A stretch of 64,000 nucleotides of DNA, from NCBI GenBank assembly GCA_002375695.1, contig DFMO01000008.1:38784-102783 (forward strand), given 5' to 3'. Below are positions 1 through 8,970 of the stretch, piece by piece. Within the stretch, counting starts at the first letter, position 1; the number at the start of each line of letters is the position of its first letter. Source of the DNA: Flavobacteriaceae bacterium UBA3591 (GTDB taxonomy: Bacteria; Bacteroidota; Bacteroidia; Flavobacteriales; Flavobacteriaceae). The notes under the pieces are model-generated. The model was not told the origin of the DNA and searched no databases. It saw only the letters and a list, made by a program, of their open reading frames with translations. Position numbers and translations under genes: made by a program.

Positions 1-1381
1 CACCCCAATCGCCGCTAATAGCTTCGTTCCATGCTACGCCGTGCCCTGGCATACCACGACGGTTTGGCGCAACAATAATATAACCTTGCGAAGCCATTAA
101 TTGAAAATTCCAACGGGTAGAGTAAAATTGCGACAACGGAGATTGCGGTCCGCCTTGTGCATAAAGTAAGGTTGGGTATTTTTTGTTTTTATCAAAATTT
201 GGAGGAAGGATTACCCACACAAGCATTTGCTTGCCATCTTTGGTAGTAACCATTCTTTTTTCAACCGTAGGTAAATCTAACTTACCATAAAACTCGGTGT
301 TTACCTGTGTTAGTTGTTTAAAAGTATTTGTTTTTAAATCGAAAGAGAAAATTTCGGTCGCGTGATTCATATCGGTACGAGTAACGATAAGTTTATTTTC
401 TACTTGAGCAACAATACTCGTAACATCAAACTGTCCTTTTGAAAGCTGCTCTACTAGTGGCATCTTTCTTTTTTTGCCAGGATAGTCTACTTTAAAAATT
501 TGTTTTGTTCCATCCACGGGTGCAGTAAAGTAAATATCTGAACCATTATTAGCCCACATAAAACCGTTTACTGTGCCATCCCATTGAGCGGTTAAATTTT
601 GTTTTACGCCATTTTCTAGAACAATAATATCGTTTTTATCGGCTTCGTAACCATCGGTTTTCATTTGCAACCAAGCCAAAACACCATCTTTTGAAAACGC
701 AGGTTGGGTGTCGTAACCTTTGTTTTCTGAAGTTATATTTTCAGTTTTTTTAGTAGCTAAGTTATATTTATAAATATCGGTATTGGTGCTTAAGGCGTAA
801 TCTGTTCCGGCTAATTTTTTACTTACGTAGTAAATATTTTCACCTTTTGGTCCCCAAATATAATCTTCATCGCCACCAAAGGGTTCTTGCGGGGTATAAT
901 ACGGTTGTTGTGGGGTAATATTAGTTTCGGCCCCGGTTTTTACATCTTTGTAAAAAACGTGGTTATAGCTTCCGTCGTTGTACTTATCCCAATGGCGATA
1001 GTCTAAACTTGTATAAACATACGCATCACTTTTAGGTACATCGTTATAAATATCTTTGGCCATAACATCTTTTACGTGTACTTCTTTGTCAAATAAAAGG
1101 TATTTTCCATCGGGCGACAGATTTTTATCGGCTACTTTGGCTTCTTCTTTGGTAATTTCGGCAAAATTTCCCCCTTCAACCCGCATAGCGTAATACTTGG
1201 AGTCGAAACTGTTTTCTTTCATGTTTGGCGTTGTAACTTTGTAAAAAAGCACTTCGTTGTTTTCTGAAATTCCTACGGGACTTACTTTTTTCACCTGCCA
1301 TAAAAGCTCGGGTGTCATTGTGTTTTGAGCAACTAAGAAGCTAGCGCAAAAGAGGGCTAGCAGTAAAGGTATTTTTTTCAT
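1..1381 (-). CDS. S9 family serine peptidase (prolyl oligopeptidase / acylaminoacyl-peptidase type). Only the N-terminal ~460 aa are present; the gene continues past the window start.
   Basis: Absent from the ORF track because it runs off the edge. Manual reverse translation from ATG 1381..1379 gives MKKIPLLLALFCASFLVAQNTMTPELLWQVKKVSPVGISENNEVLFYKV..., a signal peptide followed by a propeller-like region. At the window edge it reads ...LYAQGGPQSPLSQFYSTRWNFQLMASQGYIIVAPNRRGMPGHGVAWNEAISGDWG, typical of the start of the S9 hydrolase domain. Confidence 0.8.
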   Translation of the reverse strand, partial: MKKIPLLLALFCASFLVAQNTMTPELLWQVKKVSPVGISENNEVLFYKVTTPNMKENSFDSKYYAMRVEGGNFAEITKEEAKVADKNLSPDGKYLLFDKEVHVKDVMAKDIYNDVPKSDAYVYTSLDYRHWDKYNDGSYNHVFYKDVKTGAETNITPQQPYYTPQEPFGGDEDYIWGPKGENIYYVSKKLAGTDYALSTNTDIYKYNLATKKTENITSENKGYDTQPAFSKDGVLAWLQMKTDGYEADKNDIIVLENGVKQNLTAQWDGTVNGFMWANNGSDIYFTAPVDGTKQIFKVDYPGKKRKMPLVEQLSKGQFDVTSIVAQVENKLIVTRTDMNHATEIFSFDLKTNTFKQLTQVNTEFYGKLDLPTVEKRMVTTKDGKQMLVWVILPPNFDKNKKYPTLLYAQGGPQSPLSQFYSTRWNFQLMASQGYIIVAPNRRGMPGHGVAWNEAISGDWG

Positions 1382-1470
1382 TTTACATTTTTTTAGAACC
1401 GTAAAGTTACTCAAAATAGTTGGTAGCTTAAATGCCTTTTGCTATTTGTGAATTTGGCGTTTTTTAATAG

Positions 1471-1478
1471 TATCTTTG
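1471..1478 (+). promoter_or_regulatory. Bacteroidota-type -7 promoter box (TAnnTTTG) for rimO
   Basis: TATCTTTG lies about 20 nt upstream of the rimO ATG. Confidence 0.5.
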
Positions 1479-1499
1479 CACCCCTATTAAAAAAAATAT

Positions 1500-2804
1500 A
1501 TGCGTACCAAAACCTTAAAAAAGAACAAGATAAATGTGGTAACCTTGGGTTGTTCCAAGAATGTGTATGACAGCGAAGTGCTTATGGGCCAACTGCGCGC
1601 TAGCAAAAAAGAAGTTGTACACGAAGAAGAAGGCAATATTGTGGTTATAAATACCTGTGGATTTATTGCAAATGCTAAAGAAGAAAGTATAAACACCATT
1701 TTAGAATTTGTTCAAAAGAAGGAAGAAGGTGTGGTTGATAAGGTTTTTGTTACCGGATGTCTTTCTGAAAGATATAAACCCGACTTGCAAAAAGAAATAC
1801 CCAATGTTGATCAATACTTTGGTACTACCGAATTGCCGAGCTTATTAAAAGCCTTGGGTGCCGATTATAAACACGAACTAATTGGCGAACGAATTACAAC
1901 TACCCCAAAAAACTACGCCTATTTTAAAATAGCCGAAGGTTGCGATAGACCGTGTTCATTTTGTGCAATCCCTATTATGCGCGGAAAACACAGAAGTACA
2001 CCTATTGAAGATTTGGTAACCGAAGCCGAAAAACTGGCATCCAACGGTGTTAAAGAATTAATTTTAATAGCACAAGATTTAACCTATTACGGCTTAGATT
2101 TATATAAAAAACGAAACTTAGCGCAACTTCTTAAGGAGTTAGTAAAAGTAGAGGGAATAGAATGGATTAGATTGCACTATGCTTTTCCAACGGGTTTCCC
2201 AATGGATGTGCTTGAAGTAATGCGCAACGAGCCAAAAGTGTGTAATTATATCGATATTCCGTTGCAGCACATTTCAGATTCTATCTTAAAATCCATGCGC
2301 CGTGGAACTACTAAAGCAAAGACTACAAAATTGTTAGAAGATTTTAGAGCTTCAGTTCCCGAAATGGCCATTAGAACCACGCTTATTGTAGGGTATCCTG
2401 GCGAAACCGAAGAAGATTTCCAAACCCTAAAGCAGTGGGTAAAAGAGATGCGTTTTGAACGTTTAGGTTGTTTTACATATTCTCACGAAGAAAATACACA
2501 CGCCTATAATCTTGAAGACGATGTGCCCGAAGATGTAAAAATGGATCGTGCCAACCAAATTATGGAAATACAATCGCAAATTTCTTGGGAATTGAATCAG
2601 CAGAAAGTAGGGAAGGAGTTTAGAGTTATGATTGACCGTAAAGAAGGCGGTTATTTTGTGGGTAGAACCGAATTTGACAGCCCCGATGTAGATAACGAAG
2701 TTTTAATTAATGCCGAAGATGATTATTTACGTACGGGTGAATTCTTTAATGTGAAAATAACGGCTGCCGAAGATTTTGATTTATATGCCGAAGTTGTAAA
2801 ATAA
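1500..2804 (+). CDS. rimO: Ribosomal protein S12 methylthiotransferase RimO (radical SAM)
   Basis: 434 aa. N-terminal KINVVTLGCSKNVYDSEVLMGQL (MTTase N domain), radical-SAM CSFCAIP cluster motif and a C-terminal TRAM-like region. Length fits RimO. Confidence 0.9.
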   Translation: MRTKTLKKNKINVVTLGCSKNVYDSEVLMGQLRASKKEVVHEEEGNIVVINTCGFIANAKEESINTILEFVQKKEEGVVDKVFVTGCLSERYKPDLQKEIPNVDQYFGTTELPSLLKALGADYKHELIGERITTTPKNYAYFKIAEGCDRPCSFCAIPIMRGKHRSTPIEDLVTEAEKLASNGVKELILIAQDLTYYGLDLYKKRNLAQLLKELVKVEGIEWIRLHYAFPTGFPMDVLEVMRNEPKVCNYIDIPLQHISDSILKSMRRGTTKAKTTKLLEDFRASVPEMAIRTTLIVGYPGETEEDFQTLKQWVKEMRFERLGCFTYSHEENTHAYNLEDDVPEDVKMDRANQIMEIQSQISWELNQQKVGKEFRVMIDRKEGGYFVGRTEFDSPDVDNEVLINAEDDYLRTGEFFNVKITAAEDFDLYAEVVK

Positions 2805-2848
2805 ATTGACCTTTTATTACACGTTTTCCTGTGTAGCAAAAGGTCAAT
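2805..2848. terminator. Hairpin between convergent rimO and the beta-helix lipoprotein gene (possible bidirectional terminator)
   Basis: attgacctttt (2805..2815) pairs with aaaaggtcaat (2838..2848): an 11-bp stem with a 22-nt loop. T-rich flank on the plus side, A-rich flank before it. Confidence 0.5.
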
Positions 2849-2885
2849 TTTCAAACAAACTTAGCGTAAGTTTTATTTACGAGTT

Positions 2886-4145
2886 TTATTCTTCGCAAAT
2901 ATCGTTTCCAACGTTATTGCTAAAGGTTACATTATTGTAAGAAACTGAAGAATCGGGATGTAACGCTCTTTCAATAATTCCGCAGCCACCGCTATTTGTA
3001 ATATGTACGTTAGTTAATGTAATAGAAAGTGTAGAGGTGGTTTGGTCTCCTAATGATAGTGCAGCGGGAGTGTCAAACCAATCCCAATGCGATTGTCCGG
3101 CGTCTGCAATAATAGCGTTTTGAATTAAATTTAAACTACTGTTGCTTTGTGTTAAATTTATACCTTTCCAGCTACCCATTCCATATTGGCCAGAAAACAC
3201 AACATTATTGTCTGGAGTTCCTAACGCTTCAAATACCGTGTTTCCGTCCCTTACTTGAATACCGTATTCTTCGGCGAAAATTAATTCGCATCCTTCGGTA
3301 ATTCTTAAATGGCCTGGTTTTTCATTTGCTCTATCGTGAATAACAAGAATATTTTCATCGATAAAAAATGGTATTCCTGGGTTTAACCAAGTGTGTACAG
3401 GACCGTTTACTTCATCTTCAATAAAGCCACGATTGTAGATAGAACCTGAGTTTACATAAACTTCATTAGATCCATTATCTGCATAAATACTTTCTGCACC
3501 ATCTAAAAACTTTACTTTTCTAGCGGCAATTTGCATGGGATATCCCTGGTTGCCAATAATTGTATTAGATTGATAACCTTCAATGTTTGCTCCTGGAGCA
3601 ATAAAAATACCGTCGTGCTTATTATTTCTAATAATAGTATTTTTTATTTCAATTTTACTATTGTTATCTGCGTAGAGTGCAGCTCTACTACCATCTGTTG
3701 CACCTGCAAATTCAAGTATAACGTGGTTAAATTTGTTATTTAAGTCGCCAGAGGTTAAAAGTATTCTTTCCCAGGCCCCTGGTGTACTATTTGTTCCGGT
3801 AAACGTAATAGGTTTATCGGCTGTTCCAACTGCGGTAATTGAACCAGTAAAGGAATCGTAATCTTGCACGTGCATTCCACCGCCTTGTTCAAAAGCAATT
3901 GTTACGCCTGGCTCGATAATAAGCGGAGCGTATACTTTAACAAAGCACGGCCAAATATAATCTACACCTTCGCCACGATCTGTAAGTATCATTTCTTCTT
4001 CAATGATATTACAACTTAATACTAAGGGTTCTACTATTGGGTCTGGCTCTGCGGGTGCGTCATCATCAGAACTACAACTTGTGTATGCAAAACTGGCAAT
4101 TGCTAAAATTAAAAGTGGTTTTAACCTGAATTGAGAAATCTTCAT
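2886..4145 (-). CDS. Lipoprotein with right-handed parallel beta-helix-like repeats; function unknown
   Basis: 419 aa. Signal peptide plus lipobox (LAIASFAYTSCSSDDD). Repeated short G/N/I-rich segments (NTIIRNNKHDGIFI, NTIIGNQGYPMQI, NAIIADAGQ, HITNSGGCGII) are typical of beta-helix proteins. Confidence 0.55.
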   Translation of the reverse strand: MKISQFRLKPLLILAIASFAYTSCSSDDDAPAEPDPIVEPLVLSCNIIEEEMILTDRGEGVDYIWPCFVKVYAPLIIEPGVTIAFEQGGGMHVQDYDSFTGSITAVGTADKPITFTGTNSTPGAWERILLTSGDLNNKFNHVILEFAGATDGSRAALYADNNSKIEIKNTIIRNNKHDGIFIAPGANIEGYQSNTIIGNQGYPMQIAARKVKFLDGAESIYADNGSNEVYVNSGSIYNRGFIEDEVNGPVHTWLNPGIPFFIDENILVIHDRANEKPGHLRITEGCELIFAEEYGIQVRDGNTVFEALGTPDNNVVFSGQYGMGSWKGINLTQSNSSLNLIQNAIIADAGQSHWDWFDTPAALSLGDQTTSTLSITLTNVHITNSGGCGIIERALHPDSSVSYNNVTFSNNVGNDICEE

Positions 4146-4233
4146 TTTTTATTTTCTTTAAATTCTATTAAAGCCCATATTTACTGGCTTTAATATGAGT
4201 TATTAAACAATAATTTTTTTAGAATAATTCAGC

Positions 4234-4241
4234 CAAAACTA
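4234..4241 (-). promoter_or_regulatory. Candidate -7 promoter box for the beta-helix lipoprotein gene
   Basis: The minus strand reads TAGTTTTG (TAnnTTTG), about 90 nt upstream of the ATG at 4145. Confidence 0.35.
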
Positions 4242-4433
4242 ACAAGCAAAGAAGGGTTGCACAATACAAAATGAGTATTCAGTACAATTGAATTAGAATT
4301 TGGTTAACCAAGTTGTATTTAGAAAAGTCTAGTGATAAATAATAAAATCAATACTTCGTTTTGTAATTTTCTGAAATAAAATTTGTAGCCCGAGTAACTA
4401 AAAAGCTTTGAATTTTTTCTTTATATAAAGTCG

Positions 4434-5192
4434 CTATTTAAACCGAAGCATAGTTTCAAGAATATGATTTACTTGCTTTGTTTTTTGTCTTGAAACAGGC
4501 ACTTCAACATCATCGTGCATCACCAAACTGCCTCCGTCATGCTTTAAAATTCCTTTTACATAGCGCGGATTGATTAAATGTGATTGATGCACCCGAACAA
4601 AACCGTGTTCAGATAAAAGTTCGTCAATCTCTTTTAGCGTTCTGCTTATTAACACCTTGTTTTGATCTTTGCAAAATATATGGGTGTAATTACTGTCAGA
4701 CTGACATCGCACAATATTATCGATTTCTACAATTTGGTACCCAATACCCGTAGGCAGTGCAATTTGTGAACATTCGTTGTCGGTTTTATCGAGGTGTTTT
4801 TGAAATAATTCCCATTGTTTATCAGACGTTTTATTGCGTCTTTTTTCCCAGTTTGAAAGTGCTTTTACAATATTTTTTTCGGTAATAGGTTTTAGTAAAT
4901 AATTGATAGCACTATAACGAAATGCTTTTATGGCATATTGATCATAAGCCGTTGTAAAAATTACATCAAAATTAATAGGGAAAAGATTATCTAAAAGCGC
5001 AAAGCCGTTTAATTTGGGCATTTCAATATCTAAAAATAATAAATCTGGCGGGTTGTTTTTTATAAATTCCAAGCCTTCAATTGGGTTTGTAAAAATACCC
5101 GTGATTGTATAATCGGAATGAATTTTTTCGATTAAACTCGCTAATACATTGGTGCAATGCATCTCGTCATCTATAATTATTATTTTTGCCAT
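4434..5192 (-). CDS. LytR/AlgR-family response regulator (receiver + LytTR DNA-binding domain)
   Basis: 252 aa. Receiver motifs IIIDDE and DLLFLDIEMPKLNG. The C-terminal LytTR-like region contains RCQSDSNYTHIF and VRVHQSHLINPRYV. Confidence 0.85.
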   Translation of the reverse strand: MAKIIIIDDEMHCTNVLASLIEKIHSDYTITGIFTNPIEGLEFIKNNPPDLLFLDIEMPKLNGFALLDNLFPINFDVIFTTAYDQYAIKAFRYSAINYLLKPITEKNIVKALSNWEKRRNKTSDKQWELFQKHLDKTDNECSQIALPTGIGYQIVEIDNIVRCQSDSNYTHIFCKDQNKVLISRTLKEIDELLSEHGFVRVHQSHLINPRYVKGILKHDGGSLVMHDDVEVPVSRQKTKQVNHILETMLRFK

Positions 5193-5195
5193 TTC

Positions 5196-7217
5196 TTAAT
5201 ATTGATATGTTAGTATTATTCGTGTGCCCAAGGCGCGACCGTCCTCTTCTAAATCGATTATTTTATACCGAATCGTATTTTCGTTTAAATGGTTATGAAG
5301 CGTCAAGCGCTCCTCCACAATTTGTGTCCCTACAGAGGCGTGCAATTTTCTTCTTTTTGCGCTTTCTTTTCTTCCTATCCCGTTATCTTCTATAATTATT
5401 TTTAAATTTTCGGCGGTATCAAAAATTATATCCAATCTCTTTTCGGTCTTTAAACTGGGTTGAAGTCCGTGCCAAATAGCATTTTCGACTAAAGGTTGCA
5501 ATAATAAAGGTGGGATTTGATACTGCGATAGGGTATCTCTATCGTTAGCCTCAATATTGTAAATAAATTGGCTACCCATTCTATTTTGTTCTAATGAAAG
5601 ATATAATTCTAAAATCTCTAACTCTTCTTCAACACTTATTTTTTTGCGATCGCTGTTTTGCAAAATACCTCGCAACAAACTAGAAAAATCGTCTAAATAT
5701 ATGGAGGCATCATCATTTCTGGAAGTCATTATTAAATGTTTAATAGCATTTAAACTATTAAAAATAAAGTGTGGATTCATTTGTGAACGCAGCGCTATCA
5801 TTTCGGTTTCTTTAATTCGCTGGGTAAATTCTCGTTTTATTTTTTCTTCTTTTTCTCTTTCTATTTCAGAGTATAGCTCAATTAATTCGGCTGTTTTATC
5901 GTGAATTTTATTGTCCAAGCGTCTATTCATATTTTCCTGCAACAATTTGTTTTCTTGTAATTGCGCAATTAATTTTTTGTTTGCTTTTGCCTTTTCTTTT
6001 TGAAGTAGAAACACATTTTGTCCCAATGCAAGGGAAAAGCAATATACTTCAGCCAGTAAACCAATTTGAAAAATAATATTGGGCGCTTCTTTAAAATTAA
6101 ATATACCGCCAAGCAACAAACTTTTATCGCCCGCCCCAATGTACGAGCCTAAAAGGGCGCCAATAAAAAAGAAGGATTGCCCAAAAATAAAATAGATAAG
6201 TAGTGGATGCTTGACCTTGTAAATTATCCAAAAAATTAAAACAAAATTTATTGGTAAAATTATTATTCTAACAATTAAAAATACGATGGATGCTATTTTG
6301 TGATCCTGTGTAAAAAGATTAACTCCAAACCTCAATACCGCATAAATAAAACACGCCCACCCTAAATAAGTTAATATCTTGGCTAAAAGCTTGTCGTAGT
6401 CTTCAACTTTTAAAAGCTTAATTATAAAGAATATGTAAAACCCAATAAAAGTAAATTGAACGGGCTCAAAAAGCTGTATCGACAAACTTGGTTGATACTG
6501 AAAAATATTGCCAACTGGCGCCAGCGTACTTCGCAATACAGTAAATCCATAAATTAATTGAAAAAATAAATACCCCAAGTAATAGGTATAGAGCTTTTCT
6601 CTTAATCTAAACCAAAAAACTATGGCAAAGATTATAATGGTAAATATGGATATTATATAAAAATAAAGAAAGCCAATAGACTTGGTTTGCTCATTAAAAT
6701 CTATTAAATAATGCTTTAAATAACCTTCTTCAGAATACAGGGTTGGGGTGTTGTCTAAATTGGTATTATACACGCGTAGCAATCTTACATAAACAAGCGA
6801 ATTTTCTTGAGCTGCTACCGAAATTGGTATAAAATAATCTACTGTTTTATTTACGCGCTGCGGCATGGGTAAAAAATACCCGTTGTCCATTTTTTTAAAA
6901 TTTCCGTTTATGTTTTGATATACCGTTGTATGTTGGTCTATACTGTACAAATAGCATAAAACGCTTTCTTGTGAATTATTCTTAAGCTTAAATTTTAACC
7001 AGATAGCCGAATCGCGCGAGGCTTCAAATTTAGGTGTAAATTTTTGCCAATTATCTTGTTGTAAAATAGATTGAAATGATGCGTTTTTGTCTGTTTTAAG
7101 CGCTTCTACTTTATTTGTTAATGGAAGCTTGTCTGTGATAGAATCTACAGCAATTTGGCCATGCATTGCCCATGCATTTGCCAAAAAACAAACAACAATT
7201 ATTAAATAGGTTTTCAT
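5196..7217 (-). CDS. Sensor histidine kinase: extracellular 7TMR-DISM-like domain, 7 TM segments and a LytS/YehU-type kinase core
   Basis: 673 aa. Signal peptide, then a long hydrophobic multi-TM block, a coiled-coil, the MNPHFIFNSLNAI motif (His_kinase PF06580 type) and ATPase ENAIWHGL ... DNGIG. Its stop lies 3 nt from the response regulator ATG, so the two form an operon. Confidence 0.8.
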   Translation of the reverse strand: MKTYLIIVVCFLANAWAMHGQIAVDSITDKLPLTNKVEALKTDKNASFQSILQQDNWQKFTPKFEASRDSAIWLKFKLKNNSQESVLCYLYSIDQHTTVYQNINGNFKKMDNGYFLPMPQRVNKTVDYFIPISVAAQENSLVYVRLLRVYNTNLDNTPTLYSEEGYLKHYLIDFNEQTKSIGFLYFYIISIFTIIIFAIVFWFRLREKLYTYYLGYLFFQLIYGFTVLRSTLAPVGNIFQYQPSLSIQLFEPVQFTFIGFYIFFIIKLLKVEDYDKLLAKILTYLGWACFIYAVLRFGVNLFTQDHKIASIVFLIVRIIILPINFVLIFWIIYKVKHPLLIYFIFGQSFFFIGALLGSYIGAGDKSLLLGGIFNFKEAPNIIFQIGLLAEVYCFSLALGQNVFLLQKEKAKANKKLIAQLQENKLLQENMNRRLDNKIHDKTAELIELYSEIEREKEEKIKREFTQRIKETEMIALRSQMNPHFIFNSLNAIKHLIMTSRNDDASIYLDDFSSLLRGILQNSDRKKISVEEELEILELYLSLEQNRMGSQFIYNIEANDRDTLSQYQIPPLLLQPLVENAIWHGLQPSLKTEKRLDIIFDTAENLKIIIEDNGIGRKESAKRRKLHASVGTQIVEERLTLHNHLNENTIRYKIIDLEEDGRALGTRIILTYQY

Positions 7218-7376
7218 GCGGTTAGCTAAAATACCAATCTTAATAAGAATTTATTGTCTTTTTTAGAATTTGGCCATTTTAATTTAGTATTCGGTAATTT
7301 TTTTTGATTTTTTACCAATTTCTAACCCATAATTGCCAAATTCTCATTGGGTATTTCACCGCTTGATAATCAGCAA

Positions 7377-7384
7377 TATATTTG
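7377..7384 (+). promoter_or_regulatory. Candidate -7 promoter box with no nearby coding start downstream
   Basis: TATATTTG matches TAnnTTTG. The next plus-strand ATG of a real gene is about 290 nt away (7677). Confidence 0.35.
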
Positions 7385-7507
7385 TTTTGTAATTTAATTT
7401 TTTAAATTATTAATTAATCAACTTTGGAAAAACGTTAAGGGTATTTTTTCATTTTTTATTTGAAATTCGTTTTTTCAAACACTAGCTAAAGGTTAATTTC
7501 TACCTTT

Positions 7508-7527
7508 AACTAACTAACCAAATTAAA
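7508..7527. repeat. Copy A of an exact 20-nt repeat, aactaactaaccaaattaaa
   Basis: Identical 20-mer at 20370..20389. It sits between two hairpins. Confidence 0.8.
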
Positions 7528-7567
7528 AACCTTTCTATTGAATTAATTTTCTTTGAAAGGTTTTTTT
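7525..7567 (+). terminator. Orphan Rho-independent terminator-like hairpin in the 459-nt intergenic region
   Basis: aaaaacctttc (7525..7535) pairs with gaaaggttttt (7555..7565), followed by a T-run to 7567. No coding gene on either strand reads into it. Confidence 0.45.
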
Positions 7568-7676
7568 AATTCGAGACATTCAGCTTTTAATTCTGAAATA
7601 GCTACTATCTAAAAAATGATGAAAAATTTATTGATTATGCATTTACAATCCCGAACTTAGCGTAAACATTTTTTTT

Positions 7677-8930
7677 ATGAAAGTTTTCAAAATAATTGGT
7701 AGCCTATTCTGCATAATTTGTTTAATTTCCTGTAAAACAGAATTAAAAAATACAGCAGAAATTTCACCCGGAGCGGTTTTACCGGTTAGCACAGTAATTA
7801 ATTTAAAAAATCCTTCCGAAGGAAATAGTTCACTACCTCGACTTTTTGCCGAAAATGACAAATTATACATGTCGTGGGTTGAACAAAAGGACAGCCTCTC
7901 TACCTTGTATTTTTCGGTTTTTCAAAATAACCAATGGGCAACTCCCGTAAATGTAAATAGCGGTACCAATTGGTTTATTAATTGGGCCGACTTTCCCGCG
8001 ATTGCTGCAAACAACGGAAACATTATTATTAGTTATTTACAAAAGTCTGCCAACGGTAAATACACTTACGATGCTAAGGTTAATCTATATTCAACTGCTA
8101 CTAAAACATGGAAAAAAAATATTGTTTTACACAGTGATGGAACGGCCAGCGAGCACGGTTTTGTTTCCATAGTGCCACAGGGTGAATCATCATTTTATGT
8201 GGCTTGGCTAGACGGCAGAAATACAACAAATAATACTAATCACGAACATCACGGCTCGGGCGCAATGACGCTACACGGTAGGTTGGTGAATGCCGATGGT
8301 TCTATGCTTGCCGAAGTGCAATTAGACGACCGTGTTTGCGATTGCTGCCAAACAGCTATGACTTCGGTAAACGGAAACCCAATTATTGTTTACCGAGATC
8401 GTTCAATTTCTGAAGTTCGAGATATTTCAACTATAAATATTGTAAATAAAAAATCTGCACCACCCAAAACTGTTTATAACGATGCGTGGGAAATTGCGGG
8501 TTGTCCGGTCAACGGACCTGCGATAGCTTCATTCAAAAATAATGTCGTGGTAGCTTGGTTTACAGCAGCAAATGAGCATCCTAAAGTACAGCTTGCCTTT
8601 TCAAAAAACCAAGGCAAAACTTTTGAAAAACCAATTAAAATAAATACTCTTGAAACTTTAGGGAGAGTAGATGTGGTTATGGCATCGCCCAATACGGCAA
8701 TTGTATCGTGGATGGAAAATATTGCCGATAAAACACTTTTGCAAGTGATGAAAGTGTACGCAGACGGCACCAAAAGTTTTCCTGTTACCGTTGCCGAAAC
8801 AAGTTTTAAACGAGCCAGTGGTTTTCCACAAATAGAGCTAATTGATAAAAAACTTTATGTGGCGTGGACAGCGGTAAACGGAAATGCCAAAACAATTGAA
8901 ACAGCTTTTATTTCAGTAGAAAATTTATAA
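7677..8930 (+). CDS. Lipoprotein with a BNR/sialidase-like beta-propeller; function unknown
   Basis: 417 aa with lipobox LISCKTE. A blade-like strand recurs five times (YMSWVEQ, YVAWLDG, VVAWFTA, IVSWMEN, YVAWTAV), as in six-bladed sialidase-like propellers. Confidence 0.5.
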   Translation: MKVFKIIGSLFCIICLISCKTELKNTAEISPGAVLPVSTVINLKNPSEGNSSLPRLFAENDKLYMSWVEQKDSLSTLYFSVFQNNQWATPVNVNSGTNWFINWADFPAIAANNGNIIISYLQKSANGKYTYDAKVNLYSTATKTWKKNIVLHSDGTASEHGFVSIVPQGESSFYVAWLDGRNTTNNTNHEHHGSGAMTLHGRLVNADGSMLAEVQLDDRVCDCCQTAMTSVNGNPIIVYRDRSISEVRDISTINIVNKKSAPPKTVYNDAWEIAGCPVNGPAIASFKNNVVVAWFTAANEHPKVQLAFSKNQGKTFEKPIKINTLETLGRVDVVMASPNTAIVSWMENIADKTLLQVMKVYADGTKSFPVTVAETSFKRASGFPQIELIDKKLYVAWTAVNGNAKTIETAFISVENL

Positions 8931-8970
8931 GTAAATTAATTATTGGCGCGCTAAAATTTCCAAAAAAAAT

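Noticed and set aside
7510-7520. A three-frame stop sequence (taactaactaa) suggestive of an engineered cassette
   Set aside because: It is embedded in native-looking AT-rich intergenic DNA and occurs at two natural loci next to terminators. No vector-like sequence surrounds it.
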